This document shows, one piece after another, positions 1 through 9,879 of a stretch of DNA of 64,000 bases. Numbering within the stretch: the stretch's first letter is position 1; each line of letters starts with the position of its first letter. The notes under the pieces are model-generated. The model was given only the letters and a program-made list of their open reading frames with translations, was not told the DNA's origin and did no database searches. Made by a program: the position numbers and the translations under genes. The DNA is from an uncultured Alphaproteobacteria bacterium (GTDB lineage Bacteria; Pseudomonadota; Alphaproteobacteria; Rhizobiales; Tepidamorphaceae), in assembly GCA_963816555.1 (NCBI GenBank), contig CAWFLD010000012.1, forward strand, positions 5,058 to 69,057, written 5' to 3'.

Positions 1-538
1 CGAGCGTCATGGCGTGGATCTCCTCCGCCGTGTGCGTGTCGCCGTCGGGGCCGGTGCGGTCGAAGGTCCAGGCCGCGTCGCGCACCAGCCAGGCGTCGAA
101 GCCGAGATTGCCGGCCATGCGGGTGGTCGTCTCGACGCAGTGATTGGTCGTGGCGCCGCAGATCACGACGGTCGTGGCGCCGGCGTCGCGCAGCCGCGCC
201 TCGAGGTCGGTGCCGATGAAGGCGCTGTTGACCCGCTTCACGATCACCGGCTCGCCCTCGATCTCGCGCGCCTCGTCGCGGACCGGCCAGCCGGGGCTGC
301 CCGGCAGGAACAGCGAGGCGGGATCCGTGCCCTCGTGGCGAATGTGGAAGACCGGCGCCCCGGCGGCCCGGAAGGCGGCCAGCAGCTCGGCGATGCGGGC
401 GAGCGCGCCGGGATTGTTGCGGTGCCGGCCGGAGGCCTCGAGCAGGTCGAACCCGCGCTGCACGTCGATCACGACGAGGGCGATGCCGCCAAGTCGGCTG
501 ATGCCACCATCTCCGCCGACGCCGCCATCTCCGCTCAT
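1..538 (-). CDS. Cysteine hydrolase (isochorismatase family), 3' end runs off the window
   Basis: Not in the ORF track. Manual translation from ATG at 538 gives ALVVIDVQRGF...VIVKRVNSAFIGTDL...VVICGATTNHCVETTTRMAGNLGF, with the family Asp/Lys/Cys triad motifs. Confidence 0.88.
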   Translation of the reverse strand, partial: MSGDGGVGGDGGISRLGGIALVVIDVQRGFDLLEASGRHRNNPGALARIAELLAAFRAAGAPVFHIRHEGTDPASLFLPGSPGWPVRDEAREIEGEPVIVKRVNSAFIGTDLEARLRDAGATTVVICGATTNHCVETTTRMAGNLGFDAWLVRDAAWTFDRTGPDGDTHTAEEIHAMTL

Positions 539-599
539 GTCACTCTCCCGCTTCCGCCCCGCTGGCGGCAGCGGTCATAGCCGCAAGCGGCGGCCGCGC

Positions 600-1586
600 C
601 TAGAGCTTCATGAGCTTGATGGCGGCGGGGCCGAGGATGACGATGAACAGGACCGGCAGGAAGAAGACGATCATCGGCACGGTGAGCTTCGGCGGCAGGG
701 CGGCGGCGCGCTTCTCGGCCTCGGCCATGCGGATGTCGCGGTTCTCCTGCGCCATGACGCGCAGCGCGTTGCCGAGCGGCGTGCCGTAGCGCTCGGCCTG
801 GGTGAGCGCGGTGACCACCGCCTTCACGCCGTCGAGGCCCGTGCGCTTGCCGAGGTTCTCGTAGGCCGCCCGCCTGTCCTGCAGGTAGGAGAGCTCGGCG
901 GTCGTCAGGCTCAGCTCCTCGGCGAGCGCCACCGACTGCGTGCCGATCTCCTGGCTCACCTTGCGGAACGCCTGCTCGATCGACATGCCGGATTCGACGC
1001 AGATCAGCATGAGGTCGAGCGCGTCGGGGAACGCCCGCTGGATCTCCTGCTTGCGGCGCTTGATGCGGTTGGTGATGTAGATGTTGGGCGCGAAGAAGCC
1101 GAGATAGGCGGCGCCGAGCGGCACCAGCAGCTTGATGGTCGCGGGCTGGTCGTCGTAGCCGCCGAGGAAGAACATGTAGATCGCCACGGCGACGAACACG
1201 ATCGGCGGCAGCACGACGCGGAAGAACAGGAAGGCGACGAGGTGCGACTGGCTGCGCAGGCCGGCCATCCGCAGCTTGGCGCGGGTGTCCTCGCCCTCGA
1301 GCAGCTTCCTCAGGTTCAGCTGGTCGACGACGCGCTGCATGTAGGGCTTCGGCGCGCGCCGCAGCGAGTTGTGGGCCTCGGCGGCGGCGAGCTTGGCGCG
1401 CTCCTGGGCGCGCAGCTTGTCGCGCTCCTTGGAGACGTAGCGCATCCGCGAGCCGAGCTTGTCGTTCGACAGGAGCGGCATCGCCGCCGAGATGATCGCC
1501 AGGAAGGCGGCCACCGCGACGAGGACCGACAGGAGCGTCTCCGGCTGGTAGAGCGTCTCGCCGAGATTGTTCAGTCCACGCAACAT
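600..1586 (-). CDS. tadC: Tad pilus inner-membrane platform protein TadC (T2SS F family)
   Basis: FPDALDLMLICVESGMSIEQAF, QAERYGTPLG, AEKRAAALPPKLTVPMIVFFLP; last gene of the cpa operon. Confidence 0.93.
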   Translation of the reverse strand: MLRGLNNLGETLYQPETLLSVLVAVAAFLAIISAAMPLLSNDKLGSRMRYVSKERDKLRAQERAKLAAAEAHNSLRRAPKPYMQRVVDQLNLRKLLEGEDTRAKLRMAGLRSQSHLVAFLFFRVVLPPIVFVAVAIYMFFLGGYDDQPATIKLLVPLGAAYLGFFAPNIYITNRIKRRKQEIQRAFPDALDLMLICVESGMSIEQAFRKVSQEIGTQSVALAEELSLTTAELSYLQDRRAAYENLGKRTGLDGVKAVVTALTQAERYGTPLGNALRVMAQENRDIRMAEAEKRAAALPPKLTVPMIVFFLPVLFIVILGPAAIKLMKL

Positions 1587-1595
1587 CGGATGGCC

Positions 1596-2591
1596 TCAGA
1601 AGTCGAAGTTGATCATCTTGCGCATCACGAGGATGCCGCAGAGCATCCAGAAGGCCGAGCCGATCAGCATGATGTGGCCGATCTGCTCCTCCCACAGCAA
1701 CGAGATGTAGTCGGGGCTCGTGAGGAAGACGAGCAGCATCACGATGATCGGCAGCGCGCCGATGATCGCCGCGGAGGCCTTGGCCTCCTGGCTCATCGCG
1801 GTGATCTTCTGCTTCATCTTCTTGCGCTCGCGGAGCACCTTGGAGAGGTTGGTCAGCGCTTCCGACAGGTTGCCGCCGGCGCGCTGCTGGATCGCCACGA
1901 CGATGACGAAGAAGTTCACCTCGGCGAGCGGCATGCGCTCGTACATGCGCTCCACCGCGTCGGCCAGCGGCAGGCCGACGCCCTGCGACTCGATGATGCG
2001 GCGGAACTCGGAGCGCACCGGCTCCTGCGCCTCGGAGGCGAGCACGCGCAGGCAGTCGGCGAGCGGCAGGCCGGCCTTCACGCCGCGCACGATGACGTCG
2101 ATGGAGTTGGCGAACTCGTTGAGGAACTTCTTGATCCGCCGGGCGATCAGGAAGTTGACCATCCAGCGCGGCAGGCCGAGGCCGCAGATGACGACGATGC
2201 CGAGCAGGAACAGCGGCGACACGCGCATCATCATGCCGGCGAGCGCGCCGAACACCGCGCAGCCGACGCTGAAGATCACGAAGGTGCGCATGGTCCAGGT
2301 GAGGCCGGCCTGCTGGAGCTTGGCGCGCAGCGGCGGCTTCTTGCGCTGCTTGTTCTTGGTCTCGATCTCCTTGATCGTGTCGGCGAGCTGCTTGCGGCGC
2401 TTCTGCATGTCCGCGAGCTCGCGGCGCACGTTGGCGCTGCCCGTCGCCGTGGCGCGGCTCACCGCCTTCACCCGCTTGTCGGCCTGCGCCTGGCCCGAAA
2501 GCCGCGGGCCGAGGAACACCCAGGCGAGGCCGCCGACGGCGACCATCGCCATGAAGGCGATCGCGAAACTCGTAACGGAGCTGCCGAGCAC
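1596..2591 (-). CDS. tadB: Tad pilus inner-membrane platform protein TadB (T2SS F family)
   Basis: IDVIVRGVKAGLPL, IQQRAGGNLSEAL, C-terminal MRKMINFDF; GTG start; lies between cpaF and tadC. Confidence 0.93.
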   Translation of the reverse strand: MLGSSVTSFAIAFMAMVAVGGLAWVFLGPRLSGQAQADKRVKAVSRATATGSANVRRELADMQKRRKQLADTIKEIETKNKQRKKPPLRAKLQQAGLTWTMRTFVIFSVGCAVFGALAGMMMRVSPLFLLGIVVICGLGLPRWMVNFLIARRIKKFLNEFANSIDVIVRGVKAGLPLADCLRVLASEAQEPVRSEFRRIIESQGVGLPLADAVERMYERMPLAEVNFFVIVVAIQQRAGGNLSEALTNLSKVLRERKKMKQKITAMSQEAKASAAIIGALPIIVMLLVFLTSPDYISLLWEEQIGHIMLIGSAFWMLCGILVMRKMINFDF

Positions 2592-2594
2592 GGC

Positions 2595-4130
2595 CTAGAC
2601 CCCCATGCCGCCGCCCTCGCCGAGATCCGACGCCTCGGCGGCGTCGAGCGCGGCGGCGAGCTTCTTCTCCTCGCCGAAGTAGCGCGCCCGGTCCCAGAAG
2701 CCCGGATGCGCCACGCCGGTCGAGCGGTGCCGGCCGAGGACCCGGCCGTTCGCGTCCTCGCCCTGGATGTCGTAGATGAAGATGTCCTGCATCGTGATCA
2801 CGTCGCCCTCGGTGCCGAGCACCTCGGTGATGTGGGTGATGCGGCGCGAGCCGTCGCGCAGGCGCGCCGCCTGGACGATCACGTCGATCGACGAGACGAT
2901 CATCTCGCGCAGCGTGCGGGACGGCAGGTTGAAGCCGCCCATCAGGATCATGCCCTCGATACGCGACAGGGCCTCGCGCGGGCTGTTGGCGTGCAGCGTG
3001 CCCATCGAGCCGTCATGGCCCGTGTTCATCGCCTGCAGCAGGTCGAAGGCCTCGGGTCCGCGCACCTCGCCGACGATGATCCGCTCGGGACGCATGCGCA
3101 GGCAGTTCTTCACGAGGTCGCGCATCGTCACCTCGCCCTCGCCCTCGAGGTTGGGCGGGCGGGTCTCGAGCCGCACCACGTGGGGCTGCTGCAGCTGCAG
3201 CTCCGCGGCGTCCTCGCAGGTGATGATGCGCTCGTCGTGCTCGATGTAGCGCGTCAGGCAGTTCAGCAGCGTCGTCTTGCCCGAGCCGGTGCCGCCCGAG
3301 ATCAGGACGTTGCATCGCGACTTGCCGATGACCTCGAGGATCTGCGCGCCCTCGCGCGAGACCGAGCCGTAGCGGACGAGGTCCTCGAGGGTCAGCTTGT
3401 CCTTGCGGAACTTTCGGATCGTCAGGCTGGGCCCGTCGATCGACAGCGGCGGCGCGATGACGTTGACGCGCGAGCCGTCGGGCAGGCGCGCGTCGCAGAT
3501 CGGCGAGGCTTCGTCGACGCGGCGGCCGATCTGGCTGACGATGCGCTGGCAGACGTTCATCAGCTGGCCGTTGTCGCGGAAGCGCACGGAGGTGCGCTCG
3601 ATGCGGCCGTTGACCTCGATGTAGACCGTGTCGGCGCCGTTGACCATGATGTCGGCGATGTCGTCGCGCGCCAGGAGCGGCTCGAGCGGGCCGTAGCCGA
3701 GCACGTCGTTGCAGATGTCGTCGAGCAGGTCTTCCTGCTCGGCGATCGACATCACCACGTTCTTGAGCTGGATGATCTCGTTGACGATGTCGCGGATCTC
3801 GTCGCGCGCGGACTCGGTGTCCATGCGGGCGAGCTGCGACAGGTCGATGGCGTCGATCAGCGCCGAGAAGATCGCCGTCTTGGTGTCGTAGTACTCGGCC
3901 GAGCGGACGCGCGGCGTGTAGCCCGGCTGGGCCTCGCGGGCGGCGGCGCCCTGCGCGGCGGGCTTGATCGGCGTGGCCGCCGGCTTGGCCGGCTGGGGGG
4001 CCTGCGGGCGCTCGGCCTGGACCTCCCGCGGGGCCTCCGGCGCCGGCCGCGGGGCCTCGGGCGCCTTCGGCTGCGGAGTGTCCGCGGCGGGCGTCTCAGC
4101 GGGGGTTGTGGTGCCTCGTCTGCCGAACAT
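2595..4130 (-). CDS. cpaF: Pilus assembly ATPase CpaF/TadA
   Basis: Walker [50 protein letters not shown]; Pro/Ala-rich N-terminal extension. Confidence 0.96.
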   Translation of the reverse strand: MFGRRGTTTPAETPAADTPQPKAPEAPRPAPEAPREVQAERPQAPQPAKPAATPIKPAAQGAAAREAQPGYTPRVRSAEYYDTKTAIFSALIDAIDLSQLARMDTESARDEIRDIVNEIIQLKNVVMSIAEQEDLLDDICNDVLGYGPLEPLLARDDIADIMVNGADTVYIEVNGRIERTSVRFRDNGQLMNVCQRIVSQIGRRVDEASPICDARLPDGSRVNVIAPPLSIDGPSLTIRKFRKDKLTLEDLVRYGSVSREGAQILEVIGKSRCNVLISGGTGSGKTTLLNCLTRYIEHDERIITCEDAAELQLQQPHVVRLETRPPNLEGEGEVTMRDLVKNCLRMRPERIIVGEVRGPEAFDLLQAMNTGHDGSMGTLHANSPREALSRIEGMILMGGFNLPSRTLREMIVSSIDVIVQAARLRDGSRRITHITEVLGTEGDVITMQDIFIYDIQGEDANGRVLGRHRSTGVAHPGFWDRARYFGEEKKLAAALDAAEASDLGEGGGMGV

Positions 4131-4145
4131 CAGCGGCCCTCGTCA

Positions 4146-5423
4146 TCACTTCTTGAGACCAAGCCGCCCGAGCAGAGGGGCCAGCACGAGCTTCTTCGTC
4201 TTGCGGATCTCGCTGCGCCCGCTCAGCGACTTCGCGAGCGTGCGGAAGGCTTCCACGGGCTTCGCCGACGACTGCAACTCGGCGATCATCTGGCCGTTGT
4301 TGGACGCCGTGGCGAAGAGATGCGGCTCGAAATTGATGACGGCGGCGGGCTCGAGCTCGAGCGCGGCGGCGAAGTCCTTGACCGGGATCTCGGGCTTCTT
4401 CGGCACGCCGGCCTGGTTGATCACGAGGTGCGGCGGCTTGTCGTTCGGACGCGCCTGCTTCACGAGGTCGATCAGGTTCTTGGCGTTGCGCAGGTTCGCC
4501 AGGTCCGGCATCGCCGTGATGACGATCTCGTCGGCGGCGGTGATCGTGTCCTTGGCCCAGCGCGTCCACAGATGCGGGACGTCGAGCACGACGACCGGCA
4601 CGGTCTTGCGGATGAGGTCGACCACGGGATCGAGCGCATCGCCGGCGAGGTCGTACTCGCGCTCCAGCGTCGAGGGCGCGGCGATGATGCTCAGATGCTC
4701 GGTGCACTTCGACAGGAGACGGTCGAGATAGGTCTCGTCGAGGCGCTCCGGCGAGTAGATCGCCTCGGCGATGCCCTGCGGCGGGTCCTGGTTGAAGTCG
4801 AGCCCGGCGGTGCCGAACGGCAGGTCGAGATCGGCGATCACCACGTCGTTGGCCATGTCGCGGGCGATCGACCAGGCGACGTTGTGGGCGATCGTCGAGG
4901 AGCCGACGCCGCCCTTGGCGCCGACGAAGGCGACGGTGCGGCCGAGCGGCGAGGTCTCGATGTCGGAATAGAGCGAGGAGAGCGCGTGCAGCGCCTCGAC
5001 CGCGGAGAGCGGGGCGACGATGTAGTCGCTGACGCCACGCTCCTTCAGCGTCCGGTAGAGGCCGATGTCGTTGGTGTGGCCGACGACGATCACGCGGGTG
5101 CCCGGGTCGCAGCGCTCGGCGAACTGCTCGAGCGCGGACAGCATGGACTGCGGATCGGCCGCGGATTCGAGCAGCACCACGTTCGGCGTCGGGGCGTCGC
5201 TGTAGGCCTGGACGGCGGCCGGGATGCCGCCCATCTGGACCGTGACGTGGGCCCGCGAGGCGCGGCGGTCGGTCGACGCCTGCTCCAGCGCGGCCTGCAG
5301 CGACTGGCTCTCGCAGAAGCACTGGATCGTGACGCGCGGAAGCGGCGGGATGAAGTCGGCGGACGTTTCCGGCCGCTCGATCGCACCGGCCTCCTGGTCC
5401 TGTCTCAGCGCAACACCGTTCAT
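4146..5423 (-). CDS. cpaE: Pilus localisation protein CpaE/TadZ (atypical receiver + MinD-like ATPase)
   Basis: Deviant Walker A GAKGGVGSST, ADLDLPFGTAGLDF; N-terminal pseudo-receiver; operon position. Confidence 0.93.
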   Translation of the reverse strand: MNGVALRQDQEAGAIERPETSADFIPPLPRVTIQCFCESQSLQAALEQASTDRRASRAHVTVQMGGIPAAVQAYSDAPTPNVVLLESAADPQSMLSALEQFAERCDPGTRVIVVGHTNDIGLYRTLKERGVSDYIVAPLSAVEALHALSSLYSDIETSPLGRTVAFVGAKGGVGSSTIAHNVAWSIARDMANDVVIADLDLPFGTAGLDFNQDPPQGIAEAIYSPERLDETYLDRLLSKCTEHLSIIAAPSTLEREYDLAGDALDPVVDLIRKTVPVVVLDVPHLWTRWAKDTITAADEIVITAMPDLANLRNAKNLIDLVKQARPNDKPPHLVINQAGVPKKPEIPVKDFAAALELEPAAVINFEPHLFATASNNGQMIAELQSSAKPVEAFRTLAKSLSGRSEIRKTKKLVLAPLLGRLGLKK

Positions 5424-5424
5424 G

Positions 5425-6156
5425 TCAGTTTCCCACGTCGCTGATGCGTCCGGCGCCGTCGTCGCCGTAGTCGGTGGCGGTGGACTGGCCCTGCTGGTAC
5501 TTGCCGTGGACCACCTGGCGCCGCGTGGCGTCGCGCGGCGTCGTCGGCCGCATCGACTCCAGGTCGCGCGGGTCCTCGATCATCGCGGCGAGGTTCTTCT
5601 GGGTGGCGCAGCCGTAGTTGTAGTAGGGCTCGTTGCGCAGGTCGGACGCCGCGTTGGTGGGCCACTGCCCGCAGGTCGTCGCCGCGGTCAGCCGCTCGTA
5701 GAGCAGCCGCACCGGCGCCGGCCCCGGAGGGGCGTCGTAGCCGGCGTACGAGATGGCGGCGACGGGGATGCCGCTGTCGTGGGCGATGCGCCGGGCCTCG
5801 GCGTAGATCAGCTCGGCGTCGCGGCGGTTGGCGCTGCCGTTGGGGGCGAGCACGTAGAGCGGCCCCTGCCCTTCCTGGCCGTAGGCCATCACGAAGCTCT
5901 GCAGCTCCTCGGCGTCGCGGGGCGACATCGCGCCGCCGGGCGCGCCCACATCGAGGACGACCCGCTCCGGCACGACGCCGATCGGGTGGCGTTCCTCGAC
6001 CGTGAGCGGCACGGTGCCGGTGGTCATCGGCCCCTGCTGGCAGGCCGCCAGCGGCAGGGCGGCCAGCAGCGCCACCATAACGGTGCGGCCGTCGAACCCG
6101 AAGGTCCTGGAATTCGTGGCGCGCGTCATCGCGGTCATCCCGATCCTGTGCGTCAT
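5425..6156 (-). CDS. cpaD: Pilus assembly lipoprotein CpaD
   Basis: C-terminal part of the 5425..8178 ORF. Lipobox LAAC, RHPI, CGQWP, NYGCATQKNLAAMIEDPRDL. ATG at 6156 overlaps the cpaC stop (ATGA); ATGs at 6138 and 6129 are alternatives. Confidence 0.88.
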   Translation of the reverse strand: MTHRIGMTAMTRATNSRTFGFDGRTVMVALLAALPLAACQQGPMTTGTVPLTVEERHPIGVVPERVVLDVGAPGGAMSPRDAEELQSFVMAYGQEGQGPLYVLAPNGSANRRDAELIYAEARRIAHDSGIPVAAISYAGYDAPPGPAPVRLLYERLTAATTCGQWPTNAASDLRNEPYYNYGCATQKNLAAMIEDPRDLESMRPTTPRDATRRQVVHGKYQQGQSTATDYGDDGAGRISDVGN

Positions 6157-7581
6157 TCGACGATGAAGCCGATCTGGCCCTGGTAGCTGCCCTTGGGCGC
6201 CGCGCCGGCGACACCGTAGAGGCGGTTGAAGCGTCCGAGCAGGATGGCCGCGGGGTCCGACGCGGGCGCCAGGTTCTTGTCGGGGCGCGTCAGCTCCTTC
6301 CGCGCCACCGGCTTCACCAGGTAGGGGGTGGCGAGCACCACGAGCTCGGTCTCGTTGTTCACGAAGTCGCGGCTCCGGAACAGGGTCGCCCAGGATGGGC
6401 AGGTCCTTGATGCCGGGCACGCCGTTGATCGACTGGTTGGTCTCGTTCTGCAGAAGCCCGGCCAGGACGAGGGAGCCGCCGCTCGGCAGCTCGACCGTCG
6501 TCTGCGCGCGGCGCACCTTCACGCCCGGCACGGCGATGCCCGAGAGCGAGACGGCCGTCTCGTTGTCGAGCTCGCTCACCTCGGTGCTGACCCGCAGCGA
6601 GATGCGGCCGCCCGACAGGACCACCGGCGTGAAGGCGAGGCTGACGCCGAACTCCTTGAACTCGATCGTCGGCGTGCCCGTGGTGGAGTCGACGCCGGTG
6701 ATGATCGGGAACTGGCCGCCGGCCAGGAAGTCGGCCTTCTCGCCGCTGATCGCCGACAGGGTCGGCTCGGCCAGCACGCGCAGCAGGCTCTGCTGCTCGA
6801 GCGCGCGGATCTCGGCGTCGATCGAGGTCACGCCGTCGGACCACCCGATGCCCGCGTCGAGCGCCGAGGAGGCGGAGGTGCCGAGGCCGAAGGAGGGCTG
6901 CGACAGGACCGAGGTGACGAGGTTGCCGTTGTCGGCGTGGACGTCGAGGCTGACGCCCAGCTGCTTGATGACGCTGCGCTTCACCTCGGCGATCGTCACC
7001 TTCAGGTGCACCTGCTCCGAGCCGGCGGCGGTGATCATGTTGAGCACCTTCTCCGGATCGCCGACGAAGCGCGCGGCGATGTCGGCGGCCTTCTTGGCGT
7101 CGTCCGGGTTGGCGACGCTGCCGCTCAGGACGATGTTGTCGGCCGCCGCCTCGACGTTGACCGAGGAGCCGGGGATGAGGTCGGCGATGCTGGCGCTGAT
7201 CGCGTGCGTGTCGCGGCTGACATTGACCTCGAGCACGGCGATCTGGCGGCCGGCGCCGTCGAAGAAGAAGACGTTGGTCTGGCCGACCTGGTTGCCGATG
7301 AGGTAGGCGCGGCGCGCCGTGCGCATGACCGCGTCGGCGACCTTCGGGTCGGCGACGAGCACGTCCTTGGCGTCGCGCGGCAGGTCGATCACCAGCGACT
7401 TGCCGAGGCCGAGCTGGACGTCGCGCGAGGAGGAGAGCTCGGCGGGGCTGATCGAGAGGTGCCCCTGCTGGGCGGCAGCCGGCGGCGCCGCGAAGGCCGA
7501 CACCGTCAGGAGGGCGAGCGCGCCCATCACCATCGCCAGATGCGAGCGATGCGGCGCTGCCGGTTGAGCGAGGCTTTTCAT
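6153..7581 (-). pseudogene. cpaC: Tad secretin CpaC/RcpA with an apparent +1 frameshift at about 6387 (may be a sequencing error)
   Basis: Signal peptide, VLVADPKVAD, LAEPTLSAISGEKADFLAGG, TTVELPSGGSLVLAGL. GGC G ACC CTG TTC CGG breaks LPILG/TLFRSRDF; the C-terminus ETELVVLATPYLV...GFIVE is in another frame (6153..6362). Confidence 0.88.
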
Positions 7582-7604
7582 CACCGATCCACCCGTTGGA
7601 TTAA

Positions 7605-8384
7605 TCAATTCGTGTTGACCCGGCTCGGCACGCCGAACTTGACGACGTTGACGGTGCTCGTCTTGCGCGAGACGTCCTGGTTGCCGCCCTGCCCGTCGAG
7701 GATGCTGCGCAGGGTGAGGGAGATGTCGCCCTCCTGCTGCACGCGGGCGAGGGTCTCGGCCTGCTCGGGCGTCAGCTCCAGCGTCGCCACGTTGCCGACC
7801 ACGACCGACTTGCCGTCCTTGTCCTCGACCGTCTGGTCGATCGCCAGCACGCGGATGTTCTCGAGCATGGTCTCGCTGACATAGACGTCGCGGCCGCCCT
7901 CGCTGGAGCGCCGGGTCAGGATCACGTCGACATGGTCGTTGGGAAGGATGAAGCCGCCCGCGCCGGTCTGCGGCGAGGTGCGCGTCGCGACGGCGCGCTT
8001 GCCGGCGGGCAGGATGGCCGAGAGGTAGCCGCCCTTGCCGGCCTGGGCGAGCTTCGTCTCGCGGATCGGCTCGCCCGCCGTGAAGGAGGCGCGCGTCACG
8101 GAGTCGGCGATGTCCTTCATCGCGTCGCCCCGGGCGGAGCGGGTGATCATGCCGGCGCCGACGCCGTCGAGCGGCCATTTCTGCCAGCGCAGGTCCTGCT
8201 GCTTGACCAGGGTGCCGGGGGCCATGTCCTTCGCCGCGACGAGAACCTCGTCGAGGTCGAGCTGCTCCTGGACGACGACCTGCTGCGCCGGCTCCTTATG
8301 GGAACCGAGATTGCGCGCCATCATCCAGGCCATCAGGCCTGCGCCGATCGCGATGACGAGAACAATGATGCGAGCCGCCTTCAT
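7605..8384 (-). CDS. cpaB: Flp pilus assembly protein CpaB/RcpC (SAF domain)
   Basis: VLVAAKDMAPG, LSAILPAGKRAVA, GGFILPNDHVDVIL, NIRVLAIDQ. Confidence 0.94.
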   Translation of the reverse strand: MKAARIIVLVIAIGAGLMAWMMARNLGSHKEPAQQVVVQEQLDLDEVLVAAKDMAPGTLVKQQDLRWQKWPLDGVGAGMITRSARGDAMKDIADSVTRASFTAGEPIRETKLAQAGKGGYLSAILPAGKRAVATRTSPQTGAGGFILPNDHVDVILTRRSSEGGRDVYVSETMLENIRVLAIDQTVEDKDGKSVVVGNVATLELTPEQAETLARVQQEGDISLTLRSILDGQGGNQDVSRKTSTVNVVKFGVPSRVNTN

Positions 8385-8461
8385 GCGCGAACCTCAACCG
8401 GGAGCGTTTCCGCAGATGGCCGCACGGTGGCGACCTTGAGGCCCGACTTTCGGCGTTATTC

Positions 8462-8477
8462 GTCAACTTATGGTTAA
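8462..8477 (-). promoter_or_regulatory. CtrA-like box upstream of the cpaB operon
   Basis: Minus strand reads TTAA-CCATAAG-TTGAC, one mismatch to TTAA-N7-TTAAC, about 80 bp before the cpaB ATG. Confidence 0.65.
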
Positions 8478-8518
8478 TGAGATCTGGAGGCCCGAAGCGC
8501 CTGACGGCGCGCGCCTTT

Positions 8519-9022
8519 TCAGAAGGCGACGAGGCTGTTCCAGCTCGTGTGCGGGAACACGATGAGCGCGGCGAAGGCGAGCGCGATGCCGTAGGGAATG
8601 CCGCCGCGCGGATCGAGCAGCCGCGCGAGCCATTCGGCCCTGTAGACGAGCGGCGGCATGGGCAGGCGCCGGCCGATCAGCAGGAGCAGCGTCAGCACGC
8701 CGCCCAGGATGGAGAAGATCAGCGCGTATTCGAGGAGGCCGCCCCAGCCGATCCACAGCGCGGCCGCCGTCGCGATCTTGGCGTCGCCGCCGCCCATCCA
8801 GCCGAGCTGGAAGCAGACGAAGCCGGCGGCGAGCATGAACGCCGCCGCGCCGACATGCGACCCGACGCTCGCCAGCGGCATGCCGACGAGCAGCGCCGCC
8901 ACCGCGAAGCCCGCGATGAGGGCGAGGCTGATGCGGTTCGGAATGGTCATCGTCAGGGCGTCGTAGATGCCGGCCGTCGCCATGAGGACGGGGAAGGCGT
9001 AGATGGCCGCACTTTGGAACAT
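8519..9022 (-). CDS. cpaA: Prepilin peptidase CpaA/TadV (A24 family)
   Basis: YDALTMTIPN, MGGGDAK, GIPYGIAL. Confidence 0.94.
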   Translation of the reverse strand: MFQSAAIYAFPVLMATAGIYDALTMTIPNRISLALIAGFAVAALLVGMPLASVGSHVGAAAFMLAAGFVCFQLGWMGGGDAKIATAAALWIGWGGLLEYALIFSILGGVLTLLLLIGRRLPMPPLVYRAEWLARLLDPRGGIPYGIALAFAALIVFPHTSWNSLVAF

Positions 9023-9071
9023 GGCTGAACTCCTCGGCGTCTGCAGGCACGGGAAGTCTCGCAGACAGAGC

Positions 9072-9088
9072 CTAACGACCGGCTAAAC
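9072..9088. promoter_or_regulatory. Degenerate CtrA-like box upstream of cpaA
   Basis: CTAA-CGACCGG-CTAAAC, N7 spacing, about 50 bp upstream of the cpaA start. Confidence 0.4.
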
Positions 9089-9118
9089 GGATTCTTGGCG
9101 AAATGCCGCTTTAAAGAG

Positions 9119-9154
9119 CGACAGCCGCCCCGGTGTCTGCCGGGACGGCTGTCG
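9119..9154 (-). terminator. Probable intrinsic terminator after the pilin gene
   Basis: Hairpin CGACAGCCG(T)CCCGG...CCGGGGCGGCTGTCG followed by CTCTTTAA on the minus strand. Confidence 0.6.
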
Positions 9155-9180
9155 TTCGACGTCCGTGGGGAATGCGGCGC

Positions 9181-9384
9181 CTAGCCGCCCGTGCCCGTGC
9201 CGCTGCCGGTCGTGGCGGCGTTCAGGTTGTCGGAGACGAACTGGAACGTGTCGTTCAGCTGGCCGCCGAGGCTGTTGACCACGACGATGATCGCGACGGC
9301 GATGCCGGCGGCGATGAGGCCGTATTCGATGGCGGTGGCGCCCGACTCGTCCCGGGCAAAGCGCTGGATGAGGGTCTTCATCAT
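9181..9384 (-). CDS. pilA: Flp family type IVb pilin with a Ser/Thr/Gly-rich C-terminal tail
   Basis: MMKTLIQRFARDESG/ATAIEYGLIAAGIAVAII matches the Flp cleavage motif G-x4-EY; GGGAG RBS upstream. Confidence 0.95.
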   Translation of the reverse strand: MMKTLIQRFARDESGATAIEYGLIAAGIAVAIIVVVNSLGGQLNDTFQFVSDNLNAATTGSGTGTGG

Positions 9385-9480
9385 CAATCTCCCTGAAATC
9401 CCGATTTCCTGCACATCGTCCCGAGGCGGGGTCGCCGTCCGGAACTGCAACGACCTTACGGGTGCCGCGTTACGAACAGC

Positions 9481-9604
9481 TTAATCGGATCGACCACACC
9501 CGCAATAATCGCCATGCAATGGGCTATGGTAAACAACCCATAACCCAGCATGAAGGTGCCGCACGTCACCTTTAGACGTGTGAAATTTGGTTAACTGCGA
9601 TTAA
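9481..9604. promoter_or_regulatory. AT-rich pilin/divergent promoter region with several CtrA-like sites
   Basis: GTAA-N7-ATAAC at 9529-9544, TTAAC-N5-TTAA at 9591-9604 and TTAA at 9481, in a background of roughly 70% GC. Confidence 0.5.
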
Positions 9605-9879
9605 TGACTTTGTCAGATCGAGCGGCATACTCGGAGTTTAACGAATACATACATGCTAGAACGGGCAGTCCGGCCTGATCTATACCTCGCCATGACGGTG
9701 CGAAGAGCCGGAACAAGTGGGCGACGCCCCGCCTCCCCCTGCCGCACGACGTGGCGACACCTCTCCTGTGCTTCCGCCCGGTTCGCCGTTTCCCTTCTGT
9801 TTACCAATCTGCGCTATCGCTCGAATGGACATTCACGCGACGCCGGAGCGGCGCGGAACAGGAAGAGGCTCGTACGCAC

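Noticed and set aside
144-5444. 1766-aa plus-strand ORF
   Set aside because: Antisense shadow of tadC-tadB-cpaF-cpaE; stop-free frames are expected at this GC content and the translation has no motifs.
5425-8178. 917-aa apparent CpaC-CpaD fusion
   Set aside because: Produced by the single-base insertion at about 6387 plus an off-frame cpaB segment; not taken as a genuine fusion.
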